DNA of 64,000 nucleotides from the NCBI RefSeq assembly GCF_001447785.1, contig NW_015166430.1:261595-325594 (forward strand), written 5' to 3'. Position 1 is the first letter of the stretch. The number at the start of each line of letters is the position of its first letter. The notes under the pieces were generated by a model, which worked only from the letters and a program-made list of their open reading frames with translations, searched no databases and was not told the DNA's origin. The position numbers and the translations under genes are program-made. Shown here in pieces: positions 1-13,032 of the stretch. Source of the stretch: Gekko japonicus (taxonomy: Eukaryota).

Positions 1-778
1 CTGCATTTTAAAAGTTATTTTAATATGTTGTGAGGACCTAATCCTGATTGGCCCACAGCACAGGAGGCTGAGGCACTCTTCCCCCTGTGCCTTATCATTG
101 AAACACTCCCCCCCCACACACAGCTGTTTCAGCACTTAAAAAGGCAGAGGGAAGCAAGATATGGCATTTTTAAATCACTTTAAAATGGTGGGAGCATCTG
201 TGTGACATCTACACGGACTCTGTCATGTCTGATTTGGCCCTTAGTGAACATGGGGGGTGACTGAATGCATGTGATCCCTGGAAGAACACCCCTGCTAATA
301 CCTTTTAAGTGAGAGCAAAAATCTTTGGGGAATTCTGGCTTATGGCTAACAAAGATCAAAGCTTGTCTCTCCTTTTGTCCTGCCCAGCCTGTGGGCAGAA
401 TAGCAGATCTGTTTGCTTAAGTTTTCTAATAAACCTAACAACCAGGAATATTACTGTCAAGTCTCCACTTTATCTGATCTGTGATGACCTTGAGCTGCTT
501 GCAGATTATGAAATGGGAGCTAAAAAAGTTCCCTGGTGCTGTGTGCATTCCACACCATACCTGATGAGCTGTCAGGTCAGCCTCTCCTTTGAAGTTCCAC
601 GTTATTTTTTCCTGATAACCATTAGTGACATTGGTCTTTAAGATACAGGTTTGCAACACCTGCAGCTGGCTCCAGAAAGTTGCCAAAGGGCAGCCCTGTC
701 TGACTCGCTAAGCATTGCTCCTTCCTGTCCAGAGCAACTGATTGACAAGTCATTCTGTGCCTCTCTTGCCTCCTTCAG

Positions 779-903
779 GACCAGACAGCCCTGTGTCTCC
801 AATGAAGGACCTGACCCAGGCTATGAGGAAGCAGCAGAGAGTGCTGGAGGAGCGGCTGGAGGCTTGTGTGCAAGAACTGAAAAAGCTGTGTTTGCGTGAG
901 GCG
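779..903 (+). CDS. INAVA: INAVA coding exon (GPDSPVSPMKDLTQAMRKQQRVLEERLEACVQELKKLCLREA), start of CUPID/DUF3338 coiled coil; upstream exon(s) outside window
   Basis: tccttcag|ga acceptor, gcg|gtaagg donor; peptide matches recalled human C1orf106 GPDSPVSPMKELT...LCLREA. Confidence 0.93.
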
Positions 904-1497
904 GTAAGGCCTAAGAAAGCCACAGAGCTCACATGCCTGCTGGATGGAGGGGAGAGGAAAAGACTGTTAAAGAAAAGAAATGAATTCTTGAGGGCTGGAG
1001 TGAGGAAAGAAGAGCAGAAGGGGGCCATGTCATCTGAAGGAAATGGGAGGGACTTCCCATAAAAATCAAGATGGCTTCTAGGCTTGAAATCAACATAACA
1101 GAGTGGTGGACCTAGTAAAAAATAATTGGGGGCAAAGTCATTTTTGGGGGTATCTGGAGTACTTGCTTCGTGTCTGGCTGGGCTAGCATAATTCAACAAA
1201 TAGTTTAGTAAAACAATCCAGGTGGCTCAATTGAATCAACCTGACACCATGCTACAAAGCCCCCCTCCCCTTGAATTCCCTTGTGAATCTGATGGGGGAA
1301 CTTTTTTCCTAACCTGAAATAAGGCGGTGTTAGATCTGAATGTGGAAACTCTTTCAATTAGCTTCTTTACTCAAAGGAAAAGTTCTGGACCCTCTGGCCC
1401 AAATCTCCTTCATCAAACCAACCACTATTCGTTCTGAGAACATGAAGAATAATTTAATTGGAGGGGCCAGATAAAATGCTTTAGGTTGTCAGAGATT

Positions 1498-2005
1498 CTT
1501 TAGGTTGGTCCTACATTGCGCAGGAGATTGGACTAGATCAGGGTTGTTGAACTCATTTGTTATGAGGGCCGGATCTGACATAAATGAGACCTTGTTGGGA
1601 TGGGCCATGTGTGTCATAAAATGTAATGCCAGGTAGCGAAGATATAAACTTTATAAAGGACACAAAAAGATTTTTTTTACTTAAAATAAAAACATGCTTA
1701 AAACATTAGCTCTGTAAGCTGCAAACCTACTTTTGATTTATTGACATTCACCACAGAAATCTCATGCTCAGAGTTCTGAATCTGACCGAGGTTGAAACAT
1801 GAAATGGCTGAGTGATTAAGAGAGTCTGGCGAAGCAAGTTATGATGCAGCAGCAGCAGCAGCAGAACTGGAAGCAGGAGATGGCCAGTTCCACTGCAGGC
1901 CTGATGAAAGCCCTCCGGGGGCCTGATCCGGTCCCCGGGCTGCATGTTTGACACCTCTGGACTAGATGGTCCATATGGCCCCTTCCAACTCTATGATTCT
2001 ATAAC
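1498..2005 (+). mobile_element. CR1-type LINE 3' tail, interrupted by a hAT MITE
   Basis: ttggactagat...ggccccttccaactctatgattctata, the typical CR1 3' end with ATTCTATG-type tail. Confidence 0.7.
1539..1959. mobile_element. hAT non-autonomous element (MITE)
   Basis: Ends CAGGGTTGTTGAAC / GTTTGACACCTCTG; perfect 8-bp TSD gactagat (1531-1538, 1960-1967). Confidence 0.85.
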
Positions 2006-2491
2006 TATCCAGCCTGAGCCTCTGGGACATTGCAGGATATAAGCCCAAATAAGGATGTTGCTTATCCTACCCTGAATGCCAGAGCTATAATTGTTTTCAT
2101 AGCTATTTTAGAGAGGCTATTCAACTCAGTAAAATTGCTTTAACAGAATTCCTCCTCTGGGACAGCCTAAGGCTACCTCTTCACTTGCCTGGTCACCACT
2201 TTGCAAGAGACAGTGAAATAAGGCTGGAGTGAACTTAGCCTCTGGCGTTTTGTGTGTCATTTAGCATGTCATATAACATTGACAGGATAACTCAGGCCAT
2301 TCAGCAAAATACCAATCCCATCAGCACTGGATATTTTGAAAGTTGTCCTGAAGGTTTGTGTTGGGGCAATATAGAAGACTATAAATACAAATAAAAAATA
2401 AAATAGTTGGAGAAGCTCTTTTAAATAAATGGATGCCCTTGCATATCCTCGTCAGCACTGGAAATGGAATCCTGCTCTTACTTTTCCTTAG

Positions 2492-2614
2492 GAGCTGACA
2501 GGAATGCTTCCCTCCGAGTATCCTCTGAAAGCAGGAGAGAAGCCCCCGAAGGTCCGTCGTCGAATTGGGGCTGCTTTCAAATTGGATGAGAAGGCTATCC
2601 TCTCAAGAGGAGCG
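2492..2614 (+). CDS. INAVA: INAVA exon ([41 protein letters not shown])
   Basis: ccttag|gag acceptor, gcg|gtaagg donor, 123 bp phase 0-0; CUPID motif ELTGxLPxEYPL...VRRRIG. Confidence 0.95.
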
Positions 2615-5600
2615 GTAAGGAATGTCAGGGAGCAAGGTTATGCATGGCTCTGACAGTAACTTATCAACATTTCAGGCAGAAGTTCTACTTAACAGGATGC
2701 CTTTTAATCTGTACAGCAAATCAGATCTCCAGTGGCCAATCAGAAGCCCTGCTAGGAAAAAGCCACACCTAGCTCCTCCTACTTTCTGAAAACACTTGAC
2801 AGGCACCAGGAAACAGCTGCCATGTTGAAGACCCCTGGTTTAGAGCATATGAGCAGAAAAGAAGTTTTCAGGTCTCCTAAATTTATTTACTGGGTTGTTT
2901 GAAATCTGCTGCACGAGTCTCAGAACCTGTCCTTAGCTACAGCTGGCCTTTACAGGAGGGCTTTGTCCAGTATTTGAATACAGAGCTCTATAGAGTGGAA
3001 GGTGCTCAGTGTGTGTCAGCCAGATAGAGGAATTTTGTGGAGAAATTTGTAGAACAGTGAAAGTGCTATGGGCAGGTAAGAATTCACTGTCTTGGACTAA
3101 GAAAAAGGACTGGCTAATCTGTGTGACCGCCTAAAGACCATCTGCAAAGAATTGCTATAATAGCTGAGGAGTCCAATGATTCCATCCCAGAAGAAATGCA
3201 TAAAACCATTCAAGAATGACATAATTAATACACTGCAGCCCGGGAAGCTGCTCTCTTGCATAGGCATTTCATCCACAGCCATGCTGCATCATTGCTGTTG
3301 TGGTCTGCAGTAGCCAAGGCATAGTGAGATTGAAGAGTGTGTGCATCTGAATTTTGGGGGCCTGTATAATATTAATGATGAATGCTATGGATATGCTTGC
3401 ACACTGGCACTCCCTAAGAGTTAGCCCGTAATGCCTTGGCAGCTATGAAAGCCTGTTCTGCACTTCACAGTTTGTAGCCTGCATAAAGACCTCTAGGCAC
3501 TGGTGCAGGCTGGAAATGTCATTGTCAATGCCCCCCCCCTTCACTAGAAACTTTTGTGCCAATATGGCATCATCGCTATATCCTGGAGTTCAACTGGGGT
3601 AGATTGGGAGAGGAATTCTACAGAGCCCATTTGATGTCTTGCTCTGCACAGCTGCTTGAATAGGACCCCCAAACCTGTTCTGCTTGAGGTAGAAATTAGT
3701 GGCAGATGTAAAGACAACTTTTGCTGCTGAAACAGGAATTTCTCAGATGGGAAGGAGGAGAGTGTGTCTTGTTCCTCATGCTAGACCAGTGCTATGTTGG
3801 AAATCATGGCTGACACTATGAGGGGCAAAATCACTCTGCCCCAAGGGCAAAAACATCTGTCATGGCTTCTTTACTCCCTAAATCAACTTAATAATCACGA
3901 GGCTGTCCTACCAGGGAATAGACCGGTGTCTTCTGAAACTAAAAACAAGAGTCTTTATAACCGAAGCCATAAAGCCATGGAACCTGATGAGCTATGCTGT
4001 AAAAGATTTCTGCATGCCAAGTGGTGTGGGTGGGGATGCATCTTGCTCCCTAGTCAGGGAATTTATACACCCTTGTAATTTTCCACTGGTAGGTTTTGAA
4101 GTTAGTCTACATGGAGTTGTACCTTTTTTAAACAGGTAGCCCATCTTTCTAGAGGATTTTAAAACATTTAGCCCAGCCCCTTTTTGCAACTAGTTTTAAC
4201 TAATCCAAAATAAAAAAGAAAAGATGCAACTTGTACCCGGGGGTGAGTAAACGGTGAATTCCCATGGAAGATCAGCAGTTGTCAGCACCAAGAAAGCTTG
4301 GGGGGGTTGATGGAGATGGCTCGGGTTTTAAGCTCTGTGGAAAAAGCCTGTGGATGCTTCAGGCCCCGAGCAAGCAAAGAGGGAAAGACTTCAGTTCCAT
4401 CAAAGGTGTGGCCTCCATTGCCTCTTGGATTATGCAAGTTCTCTCTCTCTCTCACTCTCTCTGTGCTGAGGTCTGTTTGAATAATTACCTTAGTGGGAGG
4501 TGGCCAGGGTGTGGTGCAGTGTTTCTTATTCTTTCTGTCTGTGCCCATGGTGGGTGGTACAGGGTGTGGGTGCTAAGCGGAACTGTGCTTTTGCTGACCG
4601 TGGCTTCTCTCTCACACACACGATTCTAATCTTGGAAAGCTGTTTCCTTAGCCTTCATCTCATAGATTTGTTGCTTACTACTCTGGGGAGAAGCCCTTTG
4701 CCCTTCCCACCCCCTAGGAAGCCATTATATGGGGAAGCAGAAGACATCTTCACTTCATCTCAGGACAGCCTCTCCCTGGGCTTTGCAGATAGCTGGGAAC
4801 TGAGCCCAGGTCACCAGCATCTTGTGGCGCATCAGAAAAAGCAAACACCCTTTTAACGGTGAATTAGTTAAATCCAGAATAAGTATCGTCTCTGTCTCAG
4901 GTCTAAGAAATCACTGACCTGGATTAAAATTCCCATCATCAGCATGTTTTGAAAGAATGGAGAACCCATCTTATATAGTCATTTAATCATCCTGACTATG
5001 AACACAGATGGAAGACTGAATTTGTTAAGGAAGGGGGATCTAATCTGTCTATTTGAGTGTGCATTTCTAGTTCACGCTTTTGGTGCAGGTCTAAAAAGCT
5101 GTAGTATTGCAGGGACTGGACACTGTGTCAAACCCCACCCCAGGATTTTTGCTTGTGATATCACTAGTGAGGAGCAGGACACACTTCCCTCCTGTGCCAG
5201 CACTATTTTATTGTTCTATTCTTATGTAACTTCTGGGGGCTGACACCCATTCTGTACTGCAACAGTAAACTACGGGAAACACATTTGTGCCCCCCTCCCC
5301 AGTTTTTAGCAACCAGGTAGACTTCATTTTTCTATTGCCCCCAAATTATGGGAACCGTTTTGTTCCTTCTTATGTTGTCTGCTTCAACACGAAAACGTCT
5401 AGCCTGCATGTAAATATAACAACAAAATATGGCAAATGTTTTCCCTGCCCAGCCATCACAATAAAGGCTATTGTGCATGATTCAGAAAAACTGCCTCACC
5501 CGACATTCCTTAAAACCTGTAGTGCAGTTGTGACGTGGTTCTCTGCGAGCCCTCAGTTGAACTCACGAATGTATGCACTGTCTGTAAGGAGAAGGTGATA

Positions 5601-5781
5601 ATAATTATCAGTTATAATCTAAACTGTGAAAGGGATCTCTGATTTAATGGGATAGTGTTGAAGGTAAGAGGCAGTGCTGTTGGCCTTGAATTCTGTCTCT
5701 TTGAATCTCAGAATTATCTTTTAAGATGCTGAGTCATTCTAAAACTGCCTAGTTTGGAACAAATATTTGACTTTTCCACAG

Positions 5782-6010
5782 GATCCAGTGAGCACACTGG
5801 AAAGAGATCTGGCTCTGCAGCTGCAGATTGCTGAGGCTGCACGGTGCCTCTCCCGGGAAGAGAATCTCACCAAGCAAGTCCGGAAGCGCCGAAAAAGTGC
5901 TGTGTTGAAGGAAGAAAAAAAGCTGAAGGACTTAGAGCAAGCCCTCAACGAATACCACCTGGCAGCCCGGCATTTGACACCGCTAAGGGCCAGCGCCCCA
6001 GTTTTAGAAG
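5782..6010 (+). CDS. INAVA: INAVA exon (DPVSTLERDLALQLQIAEAARCL...PVLE)
   Basis: ccacag|gat acceptor, gaag|gtaagc donor; within ORF 5767..6189. Confidence 0.95.
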
Positions 6011-7545
6011 GTAAGCTAGGTCCATCCAGGGATATCATTCTGTTGGGTCAGATTCTTGGCCTGAAGGACACTGAAACACCTTGGAGTAGGTTCAAAACGC
6101 AAGGCTTTAAGAAGCAGGTTGAGCAACTGGGCTCATTTTGTATTGAAGGCAGATGTCTTAATTACAGTGTATACAGGGGAGGATGGTGAGATTGTTCTAT
6201 ATGGACATTGTAGTGTAGGACAAAATTAAAAAATGGCCTAAAACTGGAGTACATATAATGAAGAGGGTTTTTTAATTATTCAAAATTGTCAGGAAATGGG
6301 ACAGAGGTTACCTAATCCCTCAAAGTCATAAGTAGGTCAGATGAACTTCTGATGGGCCTAGTTTATTTGGAGATCATCCCAATTCAAGGCAGGAAGCTGA
6401 CCATATACGGCTTTTTTTGTGTCCTAATAATCTACAAACAGCAATTTTCTGTACATGCTTGCCAAAGAGAGCTTAAGAAGGAACAGGGAGAGCCGGCTGG
6501 AGGATGATACATGTAGAGACCTGCACTGGATGACGCAAAACCCTGTAGCATAAGATTAACCCTTAGGAAGTAGGCAGTTTTGGATCCTTTTTCAGCTGAC
6601 ATTGCTTCCTTCTTTACCAGGTCACCTTCTCTTCTTCACTCGGAGAGCAGTGGCATGCATCTCGATCTAGTCTAGGTATTCCACTAAGGAAGTGCCTGTG
6701 TTAAGAACTCATCTACATGAGTTGATGAGTAGCTCACTGCATTCACAGGAGGTGCACGCCCTAGTGTACAGCCTGACCCATTCCACCTTTGCCATAGTGA
6801 TGAACAGATCTATGTAAGTTGTTCAAGAGGTCTGCTGAATGGGCTCACCAGGGAATCACTACCCCTAAACCTCCACAAGCATGCATATTACCTTGGGTGA
6901 GCAGTAAAATCAACTCAGTGACCAGCAGCTACAACCCAGCACAGAATTAAGCACATTTAAACTAAAATGAATTTGCTTAAAGTTGCTTAATGTTGTGTTG
7001 AATTATGGCCATCTTGTTTTATTTGTGTTACATGGGAAGAGTGATTTTTCATTTTTAAGTATTTTGTATTCAGTATTTCGGTGTGGGAAGAAGCTGCCCT
7101 AAATGCAAGTCCTGTTAGTCAGATTATTAGTCATCTGCTGCATCTGGAATCAGATCTTTAAGGGGTGTACAGTGAAATCCTTAAACAATGTGGTCTTAGT
7201 CTCCTGGAATTATCAAGACTAAATCATCTTTTCTTGGCTGATATGCTTAGTAGGATTTATGAATACGTCTGACCATAGATCATAACATTGGTCCATCTGG
7301 TTCAATCTTATATGTAGCTCTTCATATTTTTCCACAATACCCAGGTTTCCCCTAGCATTTGCTGCTTTAAATTCTTTAATATGAGAAGCCAGGGATGGAA
7401 TTTGGAAGCTTCTGCATGCAATGTCTATGCCTGACCACAGAGCCATGGCCCTTCTGCAGACACTTATTAATGAGCATCTCAGGGTTCTAATTATTGCTTG
7501 AATATCTGGATGTTAAATGAAGTCTGTGTTTGTTGTCTTCCTCAG

Positions 7546-7599
7546 GGTTTGGTGCCTCTGATGAGAGTTCCCTGTCAGATGTTGCCCTAGTAGAAGAAG
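7546..7599 (+). CDS. INAVA: INAVA small exon (GFGASDESSLSDVALVEE)
   Basis: cctcag|gg acceptor, g|gtaagc donor, 54 bp phase 1-1; SDxSSLSD motif. Confidence 0.9.
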
Positions 7600-8661
7600 G
7601 TAAGCTAGTTAACTTGTGCTTTCAACACCGTCATCACCTTATTGCTATGCCTTCCCTTAGATTTGAAGATAACCTTTGGGCAGTGGATTTCAGCTTTTCC
7701 TACTGAGAGGTTTTCTTACTTATGCTGGAGACCACCTTGAAACTTTAGCATTCTCTGTGACACATTTGGAATTTAATAAAGTGTTATGAGTGACTCTCCT
7801 TTCCCTGCAGGCCAACAGCACTCCTGAGAACAGCCTTTGTAACCTTATGGAACAAGGGCAGATTCCCTGGCTGTAAAATCACAAGCCTAGTTTCATAGTT
7901 CCAAATGAGAGTGGTTTAGCTTGCCTACCCTGTAGAGCAGCTCAGTGCATCTGATTAAGACGGAAGTATATTTTCATGGTGCTGTGAGAAAGATGCCTGC
8001 TTGTTTTCAATATGAAACAACAAGCCAAAGGGGGAATGGCCTTGCCAAAATTTACTTGCAGTCTTACAAGGGCTGGGATCCACTGTGGGGCCTTCATATT
8101 TCAAGGTTATTTAGAAGGAAACACGGTTGGCACATCAACCAGTAATATCCTGTGGGCAGCCTACAAATCCACGTGGATAATGCTGTATGCACACATATGT
8201 GCTTTTTCTCACACAAGCATATGGAATTTTTAAAAGTTTGTGTTTGGGTTAGTTCCTGTTATCTAATTCATATTAAGAACTTGGCCATAGTACATAACCA
8301 AGTTTGGGAGCAGGATTAATGGATTTCTCTAAATTACCAAAAGACTCAGGAGGAAGGTTGAGAGTGGCTGACATAGCAGTCTGTTTGTCCTTCGCCCATG
8401 AAAACCTGCTGCAGTTTAGCATCCTGTCTCCTAAGGAGCCTTCTCCCGACACGCGGCTCTTTCTGTGGTGGAAGAGCCACCTCGGCTGGAGGAAAGCTCC
8501 TTAGGCTAGAGGAACTCACTGCGGCCTATCTGTTGAGATGGTTAGAGAGCGCAGGTGTGGCAGCTGAATAGTGAAGAGAACTGTGAGATTAAAACATTTG
8601 AAATAAGCAGTACCTTCCCAGTGCTAGTGTTTGCAAACTGTAATGGTTTTCTCTTGTTAAG

Positions 8662-8896
8662 GACCCCAGGTGCTGAACTCTCACCCTCCATCAAAGCTGA
8701 CGTCCTCAGCTCATCTCCAACCTTTACATGGTTCTTCAGCTCAGCCTTCTCCTGCTAGCTCGTCAGAAGGACAAATCCACTACCAGCCCACAGAACTGGA
8801 ATGTGCACCCATCCAGCACAGCCCCTGGAAGGAGACTAGTCTGGATAAGCCTTACGAGAAGACCAAGAAACCTTCTGAGCCTAGCAGCGTACCAAG
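8662..8896 (+). CDS. INAVA: INAVA exon (GPQVLNSHPP...PIQHSPWKETSLDKPYEK...SVP)
   Basis: gttaag|ga acceptor, ag|gtcaaa donor (weak but phase-compatible with the next exon); SPWKETSLDxPYEK motif. Confidence 0.88.
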
Positions 8897-9400
8897 GTCA
8901 AAGCAGTTTGCTAGTCCAGCTCCCTCTTCTCTTGGTCCAGCTCCTCTTCTTAGAATATGTCTGTCTGAGGCGGGAAGGAATGCTCATATAACCTGTACTC
9001 CAGCAATATCAAGGCTAGTGTAATATGCCAGTTGACTTCAAACTGTCTGCTGACTGCAAGTCACTGGCACAAACTTCATCTCAACACTGAGTTTTAGTCT
9101 CCTCTGGTCTATAATATGAGGATAACAAATACCAGTCTTCTTTATAGGGATGCTGTAAAATTTGAGGTAAAGTCTATGCTGGCTTTAAGCACTTAACCAA
9201 AGTATTAAGTATTATTGCTGATTTATCCCAGTGATAACAAATGAAAACTTGCTTTGTGGGTTCCTATTCTTGGCAGCACTCTTTTGTTTCTGAAGTCTCG
9301 TCTCTGTGCCCCGTTTTGGCCCTCCATAGTAACAGGTTGGCCACTATGCGAGAAAGGATGCTGGACTAGATTGACCACTGGTCTGATCCAGCAGGGCCTG

Positions 9401-9636
9401 TGTTGTGTCTGTAGGTGAAATTAATCTAGACTAATGAACAAATTAAGTGATTAAGCTAATAAATATATTTTCACATTAGTAAATGAACCTAGATTAATTA
9501 ATATGGAATAATGCAGGACTTTTGTTGTGTCTGTAGGTGAAATTAATCTAGATTAATGAATGAATGAAGTAATTAATCAGTTAAATATATTTTCACATGA
9601 GTAAATGTACCTATATTAATTAATATGGAATAGTGC
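9401..9636. repeat. AT-rich ~122-bp tandem duplication (2 diverged copies)
   Basis: tgttgtgtctgtaggtgaaattaatctaga...aatatggaata at 9401 and 9523. Confidence 0.9.
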
Positions 9637-9935
9637 GCTAATAAAGGGAAATGAAGGGATGAGCACATAGCTGTGCCTTTCAGCAAGAGATCAAACTAGA
9701 TGACCTTTTGCTCCCTTTGAACTCAGTGATTCTTTGAGAGGCCTTTTGGCTCAGTCAGAATAGCTGCCTTTGTGGGCATACTTGAGTCTTTCCCCTTACT
9801 CTTTTTGCCTCTCATGGCTGATGGGAAGGGAAATCAGCGCCCCCTAACCAGTCTCTCTTATTACTTGGCTTCTAGTAAAAGCTGGTGGCTGTTCTGGCAT
9901 CTTCTCACTTGTTGCTGCCTTGTGTTTCCTAACAG

Positions 9936-10109
9936 TAGTCCAGGCCTGATACCCCAGCCAGCACCCAGCTCGATGGCTCAGAGGATAGCCGAGCCCCCTT
10001 TGTGCCACTTTGTTCCTGGAAGGAAGACAGAAGTCAGGAGACAGTCAGGTTCTAGTGCCCCACCTACACCAGAGTTCCTGGGAAGGAGAGGGCAATCCCA
10101 GGCCATAAG
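9936..10109 (+). CDS. INAVA: INAVA exon (SSPGLIPQ...SAPPTPEFLGRRGQSQAI)
   Basis: aacag|t acceptor, ag|gtacag donor, phase 2-2. Confidence 0.9.
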
Positions 10110-10296
10110 GTACAGTACAGCCATGAAGTGAATGGGTGTATTCAGCGAAAGCAGCACATACATGCAACTGTGATAATCTGCATAATGTACACAGGTGGTA
10201 GGGTCGGGTTTTTCTTTTTTGGAGAATTTAGGGTACTGGTGCAAAACCTGGATCTAGCAAAAACAAAAAAAACAGCAGAAGACCCCCCCCCCAAAG

Positions 10297-10624
10297 AGGG
10301 TTGCCAGCTTCCTCGTGGAGGTGGGGGTTGCCTGCCGCTAGGCCCCCCTACCAGGGGACTTACCAGGAGAGAGAGAGGAAGGCCCAGGTGATGTTGCAGG
10401 CGATGTGGCAACGTCACTTCCGATGCAGACAGGAAGAGATGTCATCACACAGGCAACACTTTGGTATTTGGGCAAAAACTCAATGGTAGAAGCTGGGACG
10501 TTGCAGCTTGATGACATCACTTCTTGTGGCTCATCTTCACGTCACCTGGGCCTTACTCTTTCTCTCTCCTGGTAAATTCCTCCTCCATCCCCCGCCGGTT
10601 GCCAGGAGGGACCTGGCAACTGTA
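10297..10624. mobile_element. hAT (Blackjack-like) MITE
   Basis: Ends (T)AGGGTTGCCAG / CTGGCAACTGTA; near-TSD ccccaaag/tcccaaag. Confidence 0.65.
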
Positions 10625-11557
10625 TCCCAAAGTAACCACCTTTGGCTGAGTTACTGGCAAGAAAGATCAAAGCCTGGATTGAATATCAAACATTTCTGTT
10701 GCTTGATTTCACACAGCCATCTCTGAAAACTGCAGACAGCCCAGAGACAACTAAATGTTGTGACTGAGCAAGAGTCTGAACTTAGCTGTACCCACTCACT
10801 CCACACTGGTTTGTTACAACAGAGCCTGCCAGGGGCTTCTCCTGTTTTTGCTGCCTCTACCAACTGGTGGCTTGTGTTTGGCATTGTGGGTCATTGTGGG
10901 CCTGTTTTAGTGGATGAGAGTGGCACTGGTGGCAGATTGGAAGGGGGGGATATGAATGTTGTTCTTGGTGCTATCCGTTTTTTAAAAAATCTGGGTTGGG
11001 GCATTGCTCAATGGGAAATCCTTTAGGTTTTTTTCTGTCTGCTCGGTTGAAGTTTACCAGTGACACTATTTAAACCTACTTCTAACCCACATACAACTCT
11101 TACCAGCATTGCCTATTATATTTATGTTCCCACAGTTTCACGTATGAAACTGCCAATTACGTATTCATTAAATACTGTTACAGTTCTAAGATCACATAGC
11201 CTATTTGATTTTGTCAAGTAGGTTTTGGCTGACTGACTTGAAGTTCAAGATCTGTGACACATTTTCAGAAGGAAAAGTCTTAATTTTAAAAAACAAGCAA
11301 ACCCACAAAAGTTTCCTTTAACTGTGCCTCTTAATGATTTGGGTGTCAAATTGGATAGGAAGTTACTGGTTTTACTGAAGAAGATGTAGTTTGTTCAGAA
11401 ATAAATTGATTTGGAAACTCTGAAATTCATGCACGGTATTCCAGCTGGCCCTATTTAGCTTAACTGGGTTTTGGGAAGACAGTGCCTTAATTCTGTTCTA
11501 TGAGAGAGCCAGGAGCACGTGTCTTGTGGAGTTTAACTTGATCCTTCTGGCCCATAG

Positions 11558-12290
11558 GATGTGTTCATCCCGGGAAGGTTTGGAATCCCGCGGAAGAAGC
11601 GCACTGCCAAGGCGGCGTCCAACCTACTACACTGTCACTGTTCCTGATTACTGCTTCTCGACACCCAAACCCAACCCAGCCATCAAACCCACCTATCACT
11701 CCGCTTCAGAAGACAGCAATTCTGATGTCTCCAGCATCTCCTATACAACATCGGCTGGCAGCAGCAGCCCTGACATCTCTTTCCTGAAGCCCATACCCCC
11801 AGCACCCACGGAGGATCCTTTGCAGCCATTCCAGAGCCAGGTCTGCAAGGGACATGAAGCAGAATACCACTCTCAGTGTCCTCAGAAGCTGCTGTCGCTG
11901 CCAGGCTACTTCTCTGCCATGGAGTATGCATCTGAGTGTCTTTTGCCTGCTGGGAGGGAGCCCTGCTACGGCCGGCCATCCTTTCTCTCTGCCAGCTCTG
12001 CCCACTTTGCCTACAAGGAAGAAGCGGTGCCATTGAGATTCCACAGGTCAATTGTTTCTCAAAGCAGGGTGGTGCGTACCCCTTCCCTGAAGGACTGCCT
12101 CCCTTGCCCTTCCACAGGCACTCGGGCATTGTCCAAGTCAGCCGTGACAGAAGAGCTAAAATCATGGCATGAACGGACCCGCCTACGCAATGCACGGCCA
12201 CATTCACTGGACCGGCAAGGTGCTTTCCGCATGCGCAGTGGGCCAGGTAGAGAGTTGCGCACTACGTGTTCCATGGGACAGCAAACACAG
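11558..12290 (+). CDS. INAVA: INAVA large exon (RMCSSREGLESRGRSALPRRRPTYYTVTVPD...RPHSLDRQGAFR...QQTQ)
   Basis: ccatag|g acceptor, cag|gtaagg donor; within ORF 11526..12377. Confidence 0.95.
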
Positions 12291-13032
12291 GTAAGGGCTG
12301 CCAGACTGCACTGGGAGAGGGGAGCCAGTTTGTTCATTTCTGTCTTTGCCCTGCCCTGGAGTTCTAGCTACTTGTAATTTAGTACTGGTTGGATAAGAAG
12401 CTAATGTGCCAGACATATCTGTAGAATCCCTTTTGCCACAAGCAATTTATGAGCCCAGCCATACAACTGCAAGAGGCTTTGAGGAGATGGATTATCTGGG
12501 CTCAAAAGAAACAGAAAAATGAACTCTGTCTGAGACTTTGCTTGTGCATGGAAAAATGGAACAGGAAGGCTTTAAACTGAATTTCATTACCGTGCCACTG
12601 CATTGGCTGCCTATAGCGCATGAGTCTCTGAGGCGGGATTCATGTCACGGCTGAGCTGGTGGTTCTTCTTTTGATTTCTTTAGCCCATCATGGTTTGCTC
12701 CTCTTGGCATTCTGGTCATCTTCCTTGTTCTGCTAGCTTTGCAGAACCCTGCCAAGGATCCACCCCATTGTGAGTGGGTGGGGGCAGAACTGACCTCTGC
12801 TCCTGGTCACAGATACCCATCAACCGCTCTGCTACAAGCAGCGGGCCACCATGGGCTCAAGAGGCTGATGCTATAGGCTGATGTTTTTTCTCACAGAAGT
12901 GTGCATCCTTGGATGCTGCTGGAGCAGTAGAGAGAGGAACACAGGGCTGCTTTGCTTTCCAGTATTCATTTGGTCATTGACTTAACTGGACAGCAGAATG
13001 TGCTTCTCAGATATGAACACCTGTCCATTCCT

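Noticed and set aside
11683-12207. 174-aa antisense ORF over the large INAVA exon
   Set aside because: Shadow ORF of GC-rich coding sequence with no independent support.
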